From: Minisyncoccota bacterium
Lineage (GTDB): Bacteria > Patescibacteriota > Minisyncoccia > Phycocordibacterales > UBA9973
Assembly (NCBI GenBank): GCA_041667145.1
Contig: JBAYFP010000001.1
Coordinates: forward strand, 17,958 to 81,957
DNA: 64,000 bases
Direction of reading: 5' to 3'
Positions 16,291 through 24,537 of this stretch are shown here, piece by piece. The notes below the pieces were generated by a model that made no database searches, had not been told where the DNA came from, and worked only from the letters and a program-made list of their open reading frames with translations. Made by a program: the position numbers and the translations under genes. The stretch's first letter is position 1, and each line of letters begins with the position of its first letter.

Positions 16291-16812
16291 ATGAAAAATG
16301 AAAAAAAAAATCCCAGTACTAGAGCAAAGCTCAGTACAGGACAAGGGAAGATAGTAGTAGTTAGTGGGGGATTTGATCCACTTCATATTGGACATATTCG
16401 CTATATGCAAGAGGCAAAAAAACTGGGCGATAAATTAATTGTCATTTTAAACAATGATAATTGGAAAAGACAAAAAAGAAAGCATGTTTTTATGCCTGAT
16501 CACGAACGCAAAGAAATTATAGAAGCTTTAGCTTGTGTAGACAGGGTAATTATTAGCGGACACTCTAAAAATACAAAAGGTCCTAAAAATATGAGTGTGA
16601 GCAAAGAGTTGCTTAAAATTAAACCGCATATTTTCGCCAATGGTGGAGACAGGAATGAAGAAGATGCCAAAGATCCAAACTCCTCCCAATATTTTGATGT
16701 GGAAATGTGTAAGAAACTTGGTATCCAAATGGTTTTTAACGTAGGTAGAGGCGGAAAAATCAGGAGCTCGTCTGAACTTCTCAAAGAATATTCAAAAAAA
16801 ATAAAGAAATAA
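16291..16812 (+). CDS. cytidylyltransferase-like nucleotidyltransferase (HldE/RfaE domain II / TagD-like)
   Basis: VSGGFDPLHIGHIRYMQEAKKLGD (HxGH motif), ISGHS..; N-terminus includes a palindromic GTACT element. Confidence 0.6.
   Translation: MKNEKKNPSTRAKLSTGQGKIVVVSGGFDPLHIGHIRYMQEAKKLGDKLIVILNNDNWKRQKRKHVFMPDHERKEIIEALACVDRVIISGHSKNTKGPKNMSVSKELLKIKPHIFANGGDRNEEDAKDPNSSQYFDVEMCKKLGIQMVFNVGRGGKIRSSSELLKEYSKKIKK
16312..16340. repeat. GTACT-family palindromic element (short-loop form) inside the CDS N-terminus
   Basis: CCCAGTACTAGAGCAAAGCTCAGTACAGG; compare 44881-44916 and 50562-50594. Confidence 0.55.
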
Positions 16813-16875
16813 ACTTTTTTGTTTATTTATATTCTTTTTAGTGTTATTATACTTACATAATAAAGCTCGAGTATT

Positions 16876-17991
16876 ATGGTAAAAATACTAAAGAAACAGG
16901 GGAAAATAGTCAAAGTCAAAAAACAAAACAAAAAAACTGTTTCACTTAAAACTCGTAAAAAAGGCAAAAAAATAATTAAAATAGCGAAACTTAAAAGATT
17001 TTCGCATAATCCAATTATTGAGCCTAGCCCATATCCTTGGGAATCCAAAGCTACATTTAATCCAACTGCCTTTTTAGTGGATGGAAAAATTCATCTTATT
17101 TATCGAGCAATCGGTGATGATGATGTATCAGTTTTAGGATATGCTTCTAGTTTAGATGGTTCTAAAATAAAAGAAAGGTTTGCATATTCTATTTATAATA
17201 AATTTGGAAAATTTGTAAAATCTGGAGAGCCTATAAACTATATTTCAGGAGGGGGGTGGAATGGTGGTTGTGAAGATCCACGTGTTACTTTGATAGATAA
17301 TGTAGTTTATATGATTTATACAGCTTTTGATGGTTGGGGATCTTTACGAATGGCTTTAACTTCTATCAAACTAGATGATTTTAAAAAAAAGAAATGGAAC
17401 TGGGAAAAACCAATTTTAATTTCTCCTCCTGGTGAAATTCATAAAAATTGGGTTTTATTTCCAGAAAAAATAAATGGTAAATTTGCGATTTTGCATAGTA
17501 TCTCTCCTAAAGTTTTAATAGATTATGTGAAAAATTTTGATGAATTTGATGGTACTAAATTTATAAAAAGTTATCACAGTAGCACTCCTTCTTGGGGAAA
17601 TTCATGGGATAATATAGTGAGAGGCGTAGGCCCAACGCCAATAAAAATCAAAATAGGTTGGCTTGTTTTATATCATGCCATGGATAGAAACGATCCCAAC
17701 AGATATAAATTGGGGGCTATGATTTTAGACCTCAAGGATCCAACAAAAGTTTTGTATCGTTCTCCTTGTCCAATATTAGAGCCAGATGAAGATTATGAGA
17801 ATGAAGGATTTAAAGCTGGTGTCATATATTCCTGTGGTGCAGTAGTGAAAGACGGACAGCTTTTTGTATACTATGGTGGGGCTGATAGTGTAGTTTGTGT
17901 AGCTTCTATAAAACTATCAGATTTGATAAATAATCTTGTGAAAAATAAAAATATTAAATTAGAAAAAAATAAAAAATTTGAACTTAATTAA
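16876..17991 (+). CDS. glycoside hydrolase family 130 (beta-mannoside phosphorylase-like, DUF377)
   Basis: GCEDPRV, YTAFDG, YYGGAD hallmark motifs. Confidence 0.7.
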   Translation: MVKILKKQGKIVKVKKQNKKTVSLKTRKKGKKIIKIAKLKRFSHNPIIEPSPYPWESKATFNPTAFLVDGKIHLIYRAIGDDDVSVLGYASSLDGSKIKERFAYSIYNKFGKFVKSGEPINYISGGGWNGGCEDPRVTLIDNVVYMIYTAFDGWGSLRMALTSIKLDDFKKKKWNWEKPILISPPGEIHKNWVLFPEKINGKFAILHSISPKVLIDYVKNFDEFDGTKFIKSYHSSTPSWGNSWDNIVRGVGPTPIKIKIGWLVLYHAMDRNDPNRYKLGAMILDLKDPTKVLYRSPCPILEPDEDYENEGFKAGVIYSCGAVVKDGQLFVYYGGADSVVCVASIKLSDLINNLVKNKNIKLEKNKKFELN

Positions 17992-17997
17992 AATTAT

Positions 17998-19929
17998 ATG
18001 TTTGTTGTAAAAAAATCAGAACACAATCCTATACTTGTTCCCAATGAAGATCATTATTGGGAAGAATTTGCGAGTTTTAATCTTTGTCCGGTTAGACATA
18101 ATAAATCGATTTATGGACTTTACAGAGCCATCTCTGCAGTCGATATTTTACAAAATCCTCGTCAAAGATCTATCATAGGGATTACTCAGAGTAAAGATGG
18201 AATACATTTTAAAAATCGTGTGCCGTTTATTGTTCCTAAAGAAGAGTGGGATCAATTTGGTTGTGAAGATCCGCGGGTGACATATTTTGAAGGTGTTTTT
18301 TACACTTTTTATACGGCGCTTTCAGAGTATCCTTTCAACGCAAAAGGAATCAAGGTGGCCGTCGCAATATCTCGAGATTTAAAGAAGATTGACGAAAGAC
18401 ATTTAGTGACACCTTTTAACGCTAAAGCCATGACTCTCTTTCCAGAACGTATAAATGGAAAGATTGTTGTTGTTTTTTCTTACCACACTGATTCTCCTCC
18501 GACAAAAATAGCATTTGCGATGTTGGATAAGATAGAAGATTTGTGGTCGCAAACATTTTGGGAAAAATGGGAAAATAAAGTTGATGATTATACAATTGAT
18601 TTGAAACGTACACAGTATGATCATATCGAAGTCGGAGCTCCACCACTTAAAACAAAATACGGCTGGCTTTTTATTTATTCGCATATTCAAAATTATTTTC
18701 AATCACCTAATAATTTAGACAGAATTTTCGGTATTGAAGCGGTGTTGCTTGATTTAAAAGATCCAAGAAAGATAATTGCTAGAACTTCTGGACCGATGAT
18801 CGTTCCAGAAGAGTCTTATGAACTTTCAGGATATGTTCCAGATATAGTTTTCCCGACTGGCGCACTAATAGAAAAAGATACTCTTACGATATATTATGGT
18901 GCAGCTGATACTACGGTTTGCTCTGCAAAGGTTTGTTTGTCTGATCTTATTTCAAACATGCTTCCTAAGTTTAGAGAGGGCTCTCGTTTCAAGCGTTCTC
19001 TTAAAAATCCTATTATTGTTCCAATAAAAGAAAATAAATGGGAAGAGCAATCTACATTTAATCCCGCGTCAATATTACTTAATGGAAAGATACATATAGT
19101 GTATCGTGCAATGTCGCAGGACAATACATCTACACTTGGATATGCAATGACAAAGAATGGTGTTGATGTGATAGAACGTTTATCTTTACCCATCTATGTT
19201 CCTCGTGAAGATTTTGAAAATAAAAAAGTCAGTAATGGTAATTCTGGTTGTGAAGATCCGAGACTAACAAAGATTGGTAAGAATATTTATTTGTGTTATA
19301 CAGCTTTTGATAGTATTGGCCCTCCTAGGGTAGCTATCTCATCTATTACGGAAAAAGATTTTATTTCTCATAATTGGAGATGGGAAAAACCATTTTTAAT
19401 AACGCCACAAGGAATGGATGACAAAGATGCTTGTCTTTTTCCTAATAAATTTAAATTAGGTTATTTTATTTTGCATCGTTTAGACAATGAAATTTGTGGT
19501 GATTATTTAAACACTTTAGACTTTAAACATGAAGCTGTAAAAAAATGTATAAGAATTATTGGGCCTCGAGTAAACACATGGGACAGTGCTAAAGTAGGTA
19601 TCTCTGCTCCACCGATTAAAACAAAATATGGCTGGCTTTTGCTCTATCATGGAGTATCCAAAAGTCATAGTACTTATCGCATTGGGTGTGTTTTACTTGA
19701 TCTTAAAGATCCTGGCATTGTGCTTGCACGTAGTACTGAACCAATTTTTGAACCTGAAGAACAGTATGAAAAAATTGGTGTAGTTAATAATGTTGTATTT
19801 CCATGTGGAATGATAGTAAAAAATAAATTACTTTATATTTATTATGGAGGAGGAGATCGTGTGGTGGGGGTAGCCACGATGAAGCTTGATGTCATTTTGA
19901 AGGTACTTTTACATGGTACAAAATTATGA
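17998..19929 (+). CDS. tandem double GH130 domain protein
   Basis: two full repeats each with GCEDPR(V/L), YTA(L/F), YYG(A/G)(A/G)D motifs; 643 aa. Confidence 0.7.
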   Translation: MFVVKKSEHNPILVPNEDHYWEEFASFNLCPVRHNKSIYGLYRAISAVDILQNPRQRSIIGITQSKDGIHFKNRVPFIVPKEEWDQFGCEDPRVTYFEGVFYTFYTALSEYPFNAKGIKVAVAISRDLKKIDERHLVTPFNAKAMTLFPERINGKIVVVFSYHTDSPPTKIAFAMLDKIEDLWSQTFWEKWENKVDDYTIDLKRTQYDHIEVGAPPLKTKYGWLFIYSHIQNYFQSPNNLDRIFGIEAVLLDLKDPRKIIARTSGPMIVPEESYELSGYVPDIVFPTGALIEKDTLTIYYGAADTTVCSAKVCLSDLISNMLPKFREGSRFKRSLKNPIIVPIKENKWEEQSTFNPASILLNGKIHIVYRAMSQDNTSTLGYAMTKNGVDVIERLSLPIYVPREDFENKKVSNGNSGCEDPRLTKIGKNIYLCYTAFDSIGPPRVAISSITEKDFISHNWRWEKPFLITPQGMDDKDACLFPNKFKLGYFILHRLDNEICGDYLNTLDFKHEAVKKCIRIIGPRVNTWDSAKVGISAPPIKTKYGWLLLYHGVSKSHSTYRIGCVLLDLKDPGIVLARSTEPIFEPEEQYEKIGVVNNVVFPCGMIVKNKLLYIYYGGGDRVVGVATMKLDVILKVLLHGTKL

Positions 19930-19942
19930 TAGAATAGGGACA

Positions 19943-20013
19943 CTTGTCCCGTACTAAATTTTTGATTACGGGATATAAGGATAAAGATTATTAGTTAAAA
20001 TTTTAGTACTGGG
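19943..20013 (+). promoter_or_regulatory. GTACT-family long hairpin abutting the hpf start codon
   Basis: arms CTTGTCCCGTACTAAATTTTTGA / AAAATTTTAGTACTGGG, then ATG; same arms recur at 48408-48480. Confidence 0.55.
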
Positions 20014-20412
20014 ATGAAAATAAATTTACAAGGTAAAAATTTAGAAATTACTCCGGCTATTAATGATTATGTGGTAAAAAGAATGACCAATCTAGGTCGG
20101 TTGCTTTCGGAGATTGAAGAAAAAGGTGGAGATATTTTAGTTCGTTTTAATGTTTCAAAAACAACAAATCATCACAGAGCAGGAGATGTTTTTGAGGCTG
20201 ATTGTTCTATAAGTATAAAAGGAGAGAACTTTTATTCTAAAGTTGTGATGGAAGATCTTTATCAAGCGATAGATATGGTGAAAGAAAATCTTTTTAATGA
20301 TATTGAGAAAAATAAAGATCGTAGGCAGACACTTTTTAGGAGAGGGGCGGCGAGTGTCAAAAAGATGATGAAAGGTCTTTCAAAGCGAAATCCTTTTACG
20401 TCGAAATATTAA
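20014..20412 (+). CDS. hpf: ribosome hibernation promoting factor / RaiA (S30AE family)
   Basis: typical S30AE fold sequence (LEITPAINDYVVKRM, VRFNVSK). Confidence 0.75.
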   Translation: MKINLQGKNLEITPAINDYVVKRMTNLGRLLSEIEEKGGDILVRFNVSKTTNHHRAGDVFEADCSISIKGENFYSKVVMEDLYQAIDMVKENLFNDIEKNKDRRQTLFRRGAASVKKMMKGLSKRNPFTSKY

Positions 20413-21317
20413 TTTTTATAATCTATCTCTTTTCCCCCTTCTGGAATAATCTTTTTTATTATAAACTGGTTATTTTCAAGTATCGCATCTGTAATTATTA
20501 TTCTTTTGCCATTCTTAAAAAAGAAAGTTCGGGGCCAAGTAGCATAAGCTCTGAATTTATTATAATTATTTACCCCATCATCATTTAAATTTATAAACCC
20601 GTCTTCTTTCTTAATTTTCTTGCAATAGGTGGCTTGAGATTCGTTTTGTTTTTCTCCCCCTGCGAAGGGGGAGTGTCCAGAGGACGAGGGGGTCTTTAAT
20701 ATTTTTACTAAAAGTTCTCCCCCAATTTTTATCATACGTTTACGTAATTCTCCTGCTTTTTCATCTGGCTTAATTTCTATTTTTTCTACAGCTATGATAG
20801 GTCCTGTATCCATCTTGTATTCCATCTTTTGGATAGTGACGCCCGTTTCTGTATCCCCATTTAATATAGCTGATTCTACAGGAGAGGCTCCACGATATTT
20901 GGGAAGTAGAGAATAATGAATGTTTATAGAAACTAGTTTAGGTAGATTTATTAAATCTTCTGGAATTATTTTTCCATAGGCGACTACCAGAAAGAAATCT
21001 GGTAAGGATTTGCTTTTAGCGGGTGTCTCGCAGGCTGACGAGCCGAGAGGCAGCGCTGTGCCAGTAGGCACAGACAGCGACCCGATAAAAGTAGAATCCT
21101 TACCAGATAGAATCTCGGGTTGCAGATAGGGGACATTGTTATTTATTGCCCAAACTTTTACGGGTGGGGGAGTTATGAGCATTTTACGTCCTTGTGGTTT
21201 ATCGGGAGCAGTGATTATAAGCGATGGCATATAGCCGTTTTCTTTTAGAATTTCTAATGTTTCGGAAGCGACATCTGGTGTTCCCCAGAATATGAAATTT
21301 AAATTTTTTGTATTCAC
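20409..21317 (-). CDS. fmt: methionyl-tRNA formyltransferase
   Basis: HYSLLPKYRGASP motif, N-terminal formyltransferase domain; carries two GC-rich palindromic inserts. Confidence 0.85.
   Translation of the reverse strand: MNTKNLNFIFWGTPDVASETLEILKENGYMPSLIITAPDKPQGRKMLITPPPVKVWAINNNVPYLQPEILSGKDSTFIGSLSVPTGTALPLGSSACETPAKSKSLPDFFLVVAYGKIIPEDLINLPKLVSINIHYSLLPKYRGASPVESAILNGDTETGVTIQKMEYKMDTGPIIAVEKIEIKPDEKAGELRKRMIKIGGELLVKILKTPSSSGHSPFAGGEKQNESQATYCKKIKKEDGFINLNDDGVNNYNKFRAYATWPRTFFFKNGKRIIITDAILENNQFIIKKIIPEGGKEIDYKN
20654..20673. repeat. GC-rich hairpin CTCCCCCTGCGAAGGGGGAG inside fmt
   Basis: 8-bp perfect stem in AT-rich coding context; encodes extra low-complexity residues. Confidence 0.45.
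21054..21079. repeat. GC-rich palindrome CGCTGTGCCAGTAGGCACAGACAGCG inside fmt
   Basis: 7-bp stem CTGTGCC/GGCACAG inside an insertion encoding GSLSVPTGTALPLGSS. Confidence 0.4.
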
Positions 21318-21349
21318 TTTACAACTTTAAGAACTTTTTACTTTATAAA

Positions 21350-21931
21350 CTATTTTACAGGTAGCTCCTCTTTTATATCTTTAGCATGGTCGATAAAGAG
21401 GATACCTTTTAGGTGATCTGTTTCATGTTGGAATATTTGAGCTAGAAGGCCAGATGCACCTCTTTGGAATTTTTTGCTGTTTTCATCATAAGCAGTAATT
21501 AGAGCCTTTTTTGATCTATGAGTTTTTCCATAGAGCCATCTGACGGACAAACATCCTTCAGGAAGCCATTCTTTTTCACGAGATAATTTTGAAATTTTTG
21601 GATTGATAAAAACTAGATCTTTTAGCATTTCTTCATTTTGGATTTTTTCAAATTCTTGTTGGCCTCCTACAAAATCTTTGTGAAAAATCTTTCCTGATAC
21701 TACGAAAATAGAAAGTTTGTATCCTATCTGAGGGGCAGCGATAGCTACCCCGTCACTTTGGCTTTTCAAAGCTTGAGACATTTCTTTTATTATTTTTCTT
21801 ATCTTAAGAGTTTTAATCTCGCCAATCGGTACATCTTTTGTATTTTGATGTAAAACTCTATCTTCCCCGCCTGCAACGCTATGCGTAGCATTGCGGGCAG
21901 GTTTTTGATTAGCTTGTAAAATTTTCTTCAT
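21350..21931 (-). CDS. def: peptide deformylase
   Basis: GVAIAAPQIG, EGCLS, HETDHL motifs; def-fmt operon order. Confidence 0.85.
   Translation of the reverse strand: MKKILQANQKPARNATHSVAGGEDRVLHQNTKDVPIGEIKTLKIRKIIKEMSQALKSQSDGVAIAAPQIGYKLSIFVVSGKIFHKDFVGGQQEFEKIQNEEMLKDLVFINPKISKLSREKEWLPEGCLSVRWLYGKTHRSKKALITAYDENSKKFQRGASGLLAQIFQHETDHLKGILFIDHAKDIKEELPVK
21866..21901. repeat. 36-bp GC-rich palindromic element in frame inside def (family B)
   Basis: CCCGCCTGCAACGCTATGCGTAGCATTGCGGGCAGG; near-identical copy at 58111-58146 inside valS. Confidence 0.7.
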
Positions 21932-21938
21932 GATTTGG

Positions 21939-23249
21939 TTATTTGATTTCTTTCAAATATTCTAAAAGTTTTCCTAATTTTACGGTCTCTTGGGACCTGT
22001 TGGACATATCACGTACGATGACTGAATCATCAAGCGCTTCTTTTACTCCGAAAATAAGTGCATAAGGCACATTTAATTTTTCAGCGATAGCTAGTTGAGA
22101 TCCTAAACTATCTTTTGAAAGCGATTGAGCGATAGGTACATGTGCTTTACGCAATATCTCTATTATATTTAGACTTTTTAGTTTTGCTTCGGACCCAAGC
22201 TGAATGAAATATATTTTTGGTTTTTTCATTATGCGAGGAGAAAGTTTTTTATACCAAGGAGATGAAATGATCCTGTCTACTCCAATTGAAAAGCCGACAG
22301 CTGGCACGTCTTTTTTACTACCGAGTTGTTTTGCTAGATAATCATATCGTCCGCCTCCAGCGAGGGTGAGAGGTGTGCCATCTTCAGATCCACCTTGCTC
22401 TATTATTTCAAAAACAGTACGTGTGTAATAAGAAAGTCCGCGTACGAGATTTTTATTAATAGTATATGCAATATTCATTTCTTCTAAGTATTCTAATACC
22501 TCTTTAAAATGTTTCTTACATGAAGCACAGAGGAAACTTACAGCATCTGGTGCATTCTCATTTATTTCTTTAGTTTTTTCTTCTTTTGAATCTAATATTC
22601 TGAGTGGATTTGTTTTTAGACGTTCACGATCGATATGTGCTAGGTCATTAATATGTTTTCTATAATAACTTGTGAGTTCTTTTAGATATGTGTGTCTACA
22701 TTCTTTATCACCTATAGAATTGATATCAACTGAAAGATTGGTAGCGCCGGCTTCTTCTAAAATACTCATTCCAACCTTAATCACGAGTGCGTCCATGATA
22801 CTCTTATCACTTCCTAGAGAATCTAAATCAAATTGCCAAAATTGTCGATAACGTCCGCGTTGGGGATTGTCATGTCTAAAGACGGGGCCATATTGATAAA
22901 ACATTACAGGCTGGGGCATATTTTGCATTCCTTTTTCAATATAAGATCTCATAAGAGATGCTGTATGTTCTGGTTTTAATGCTAAATGATCTCCACCTTT
23001 TGTTTTGAGTGTATACATTTCCTTATCGACTATATCTGTTCCCTCACCAATGCCGGAAGTAAAAGTCTCTATGTGTTCAAGTAGGGGAGTTTCAATAGGT
23101 TTAAAACCGTAATAAACTGCGACTTCCTGTGCCTTTTCAAAAAAACCTTGGAAGCAATAATAGTCGTCATTAATGATGTCTCTCATTCCTTTTGGTGATG
23201 TGAGGTTTTTTGTTTTGTTTTGTTTCACTTTTTTCATGGCTCTACTCAA
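21939..23249 (-). CDS. hisS: histidyl-tRNA synthetase
   Basis: class II motifs, including FRHDNPQRGRYRQFWQ. Confidence 0.85.
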   Translation of the reverse strand: MSRAMKKVKQNKTKNLTSPKGMRDIINDDYYCFQGFFEKAQEVAVYYGFKPIETPLLEHIETFTSGIGEGTDIVDKEMYTLKTKGGDHLALKPEHTASLMRSYIEKGMQNMPQPVMFYQYGPVFRHDNPQRGRYRQFWQFDLDSLGSDKSIMDALVIKVGMSILEEAGATNLSVDINSIGDKECRHTYLKELTSYYRKHINDLAHIDRERLKTNPLRILDSKEEKTKEINENAPDAVSFLCASCKKHFKEVLEYLEEMNIAYTINKNLVRGLSYYTRTVFEIIEQGGSEDGTPLTLAGGGRYDYLAKQLGSKKDVPAVGFSIGVDRIISSPWYKKLSPRIMKKPKIYFIQLGSEAKLKSLNIIEILRKAHVPIAQSLSKDSLGSQLAIAEKLNVPYALIFGVKEALDDSVIVRDMSNRSQETVKLGKLLEYLKEIK

Positions 23250-23255
23250 TTAGAT

Positions 23256-23861
23256 TTATTCGACTTGTTTATAATTACCTGGCAGGATACCTATCTTGTT
23301 TAGTGGGAATAGACGTAAGAATACTTTTCCTATTAAGAGTTTCTTTGGTACTGCACCCCAATATCTTGAATCTGAACTAGCAGATCTGTTGTCTCCCATT
23401 ACAAAATATTCGTCAGATTTTAACACAAAATGAGTATCATTGTTTGAAGTGTTTTCTAAATATGATTGATCAAGGATTAGCCCGGAGGGATGATTTTTAT
23501 TTGTTATTGTCACAGTGTTTCCTTTTATGTCTACTGTTTCATTTGGAAGCCCGATTATTCTTTTTATAAAAAACTTTGTTGTATCATTCGGATATCTAAA
23601 AACTATTACGTCGTCTCTTTGTGGATCATTAAATCTATAAGATATTTCATCTATTATTAAATATTGCCCATCTTGAAATGTAGGTATCATTGAAGAACCA
23701 GAAACGATAAATGGTTGGGCGATGTATACACGTATAGGTATAACAATAGCGACTGCTATTATTGTAAAGCGTACAAGTTCCCAAAATGATTTCTTGTCAA
23801 ACTTTTTTTCATCTTGACTCACGGAGATAGGTGTTATATTTTCTTGTTCTTTTGATTCCAT
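23256..23861 (-). CDS. lepB: signal peptidase I
   Basis: N-terminal TM, SGSSM (Ser), GDNRSASSDSR box. Confidence 0.8.
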   Translation of the reverse strand: MESKEQENITPISVSQDEKKFDKKSFWELVRFTIIAVAIVIPIRVYIAQPFIVSGSSMIPTFQDGQYLIIDEISYRFNDPQRDDVIVFRYPNDTTKFFIKRIIGLPNETVDIKGNTVTITNKNHPSGLILDQSYLENTSNNDTHFVLKSDEYFVMGDNRSASSDSRYWGAVPKKLLIGKVFLRLFPLNKIGILPGNYKQVE

Positions 23862-23991
23862 GTTGCTATTTTAGCACAAAAAAGTCTTGACACAATGGGG
23901 GAATATGTTTTGGAATAAATTATTCCCCTACACCAGGTGAAGGGGAATCACCACCCCCAACCCCCTCCTCCACAAGGAGGGGATGAAGTTA

Positions 23992-24000
23992 TGTTATAAT
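23992..24000 (+). promoter_or_regulatory. extended -10 TGTTATAAT 6 nt upstream of the pth ATG (leaderless-type)
   Basis: TGTTATAAT-agaatt-ATG; identical architecture at gap and rpiB. Confidence 0.5.
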
Positions 24001-24006
24001 AGAATT

Positions 24007-24537
24007 ATGAAATTAATCGTTGGCTTGGGCAATCCAGGCGAAGAATATAAAAATACCAGACACAATACTGGGTATATTATGCTTGATATGGTTGAGAAAA
24101 AAATAGATTTGAAAGATAAAGTTAGATTTGTTTATCCAGATAAATTTATGAATAATTCTGGTAAAGTAGTCGGACCCTTGATAAAATCAAAAAAAGATTT
24201 GAAAGATCTTGTAGTGATTTATGATGACATTGATTTGCCAATAGGGAAAATGAAGATATCTTTCAATAGATCCTCGGGTGGACATAATGGTTTAGGTTCT
24301 ATAATAAAAGCATTAAAGTCTGAAGAATTTGTACGTATTCGTATTGGTATATCTAAAGCGACTCCTTCAGGAAAAATAAGAAAACCAAAAGGGGAGAAAG
24401 AAGTGCTAAAATTTTTACTTGGTGAATACAAAAAGAATGAGTTAGATGAACTTAAAAAACTTTCAAAAAAAGTGATTTTAGCTATTGAAACTATTTTTAC
24501 TGAAAGTAAAGATAAAGCGATGAGTTTGTATAATTAA
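24007..24537 (+). CDS. pth: peptidyl-tRNA hydrolase
   Basis: MKLIVGLGNPG..YKNTRHNTG motif; start moved to the internal Met. Confidence 0.85.
   Translation: MKLIVGLGNPGEEYKNTRHNTGYIMLDMVEKKIDLKDKVRFVYPDKFMNNSGKVVGPLIKSKKDLKDLVVIYDDIDLPIGKMKISFNRSSGGHNGLGSIIKALKSEEFVRIRIGISKATPSGKIRKPKGEKEVLKFLLGEYKKNELDELKKLSKKVILAIETIFTESKDKAMSLYN

Noticed and set aside
20640-20700. Intein or programmed frameshift in fmt at the GC-rich stretch
   Set aside because: The reading frame is continuous, inserts are short (under 30 aa) and low-complexity, and there are no intein splicing motifs; small palindromic insertions explain it better.
23983-24006. Longer N-terminal extensions from the ORF track for pth (23983), gap (27877), rpiB (30733), dapF (30795), leuS (38523), paralog 2 (14445)
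   Set aside because: Conserved protein N-termini begin at internal Mets, and the extensions cover promoter -10 elements or hairpins. Starts were moved downstream.
24219-24431. Antisense ORFs embedded in longer genes (e.g. 24219-24431, 26270-26602, 9540-10014, 53844-54200, 58884-59670)
   Set aside because: They lie entirely within well-supported conserved genes on the opposite strand, have low-complexity translations and no start context; spurious.
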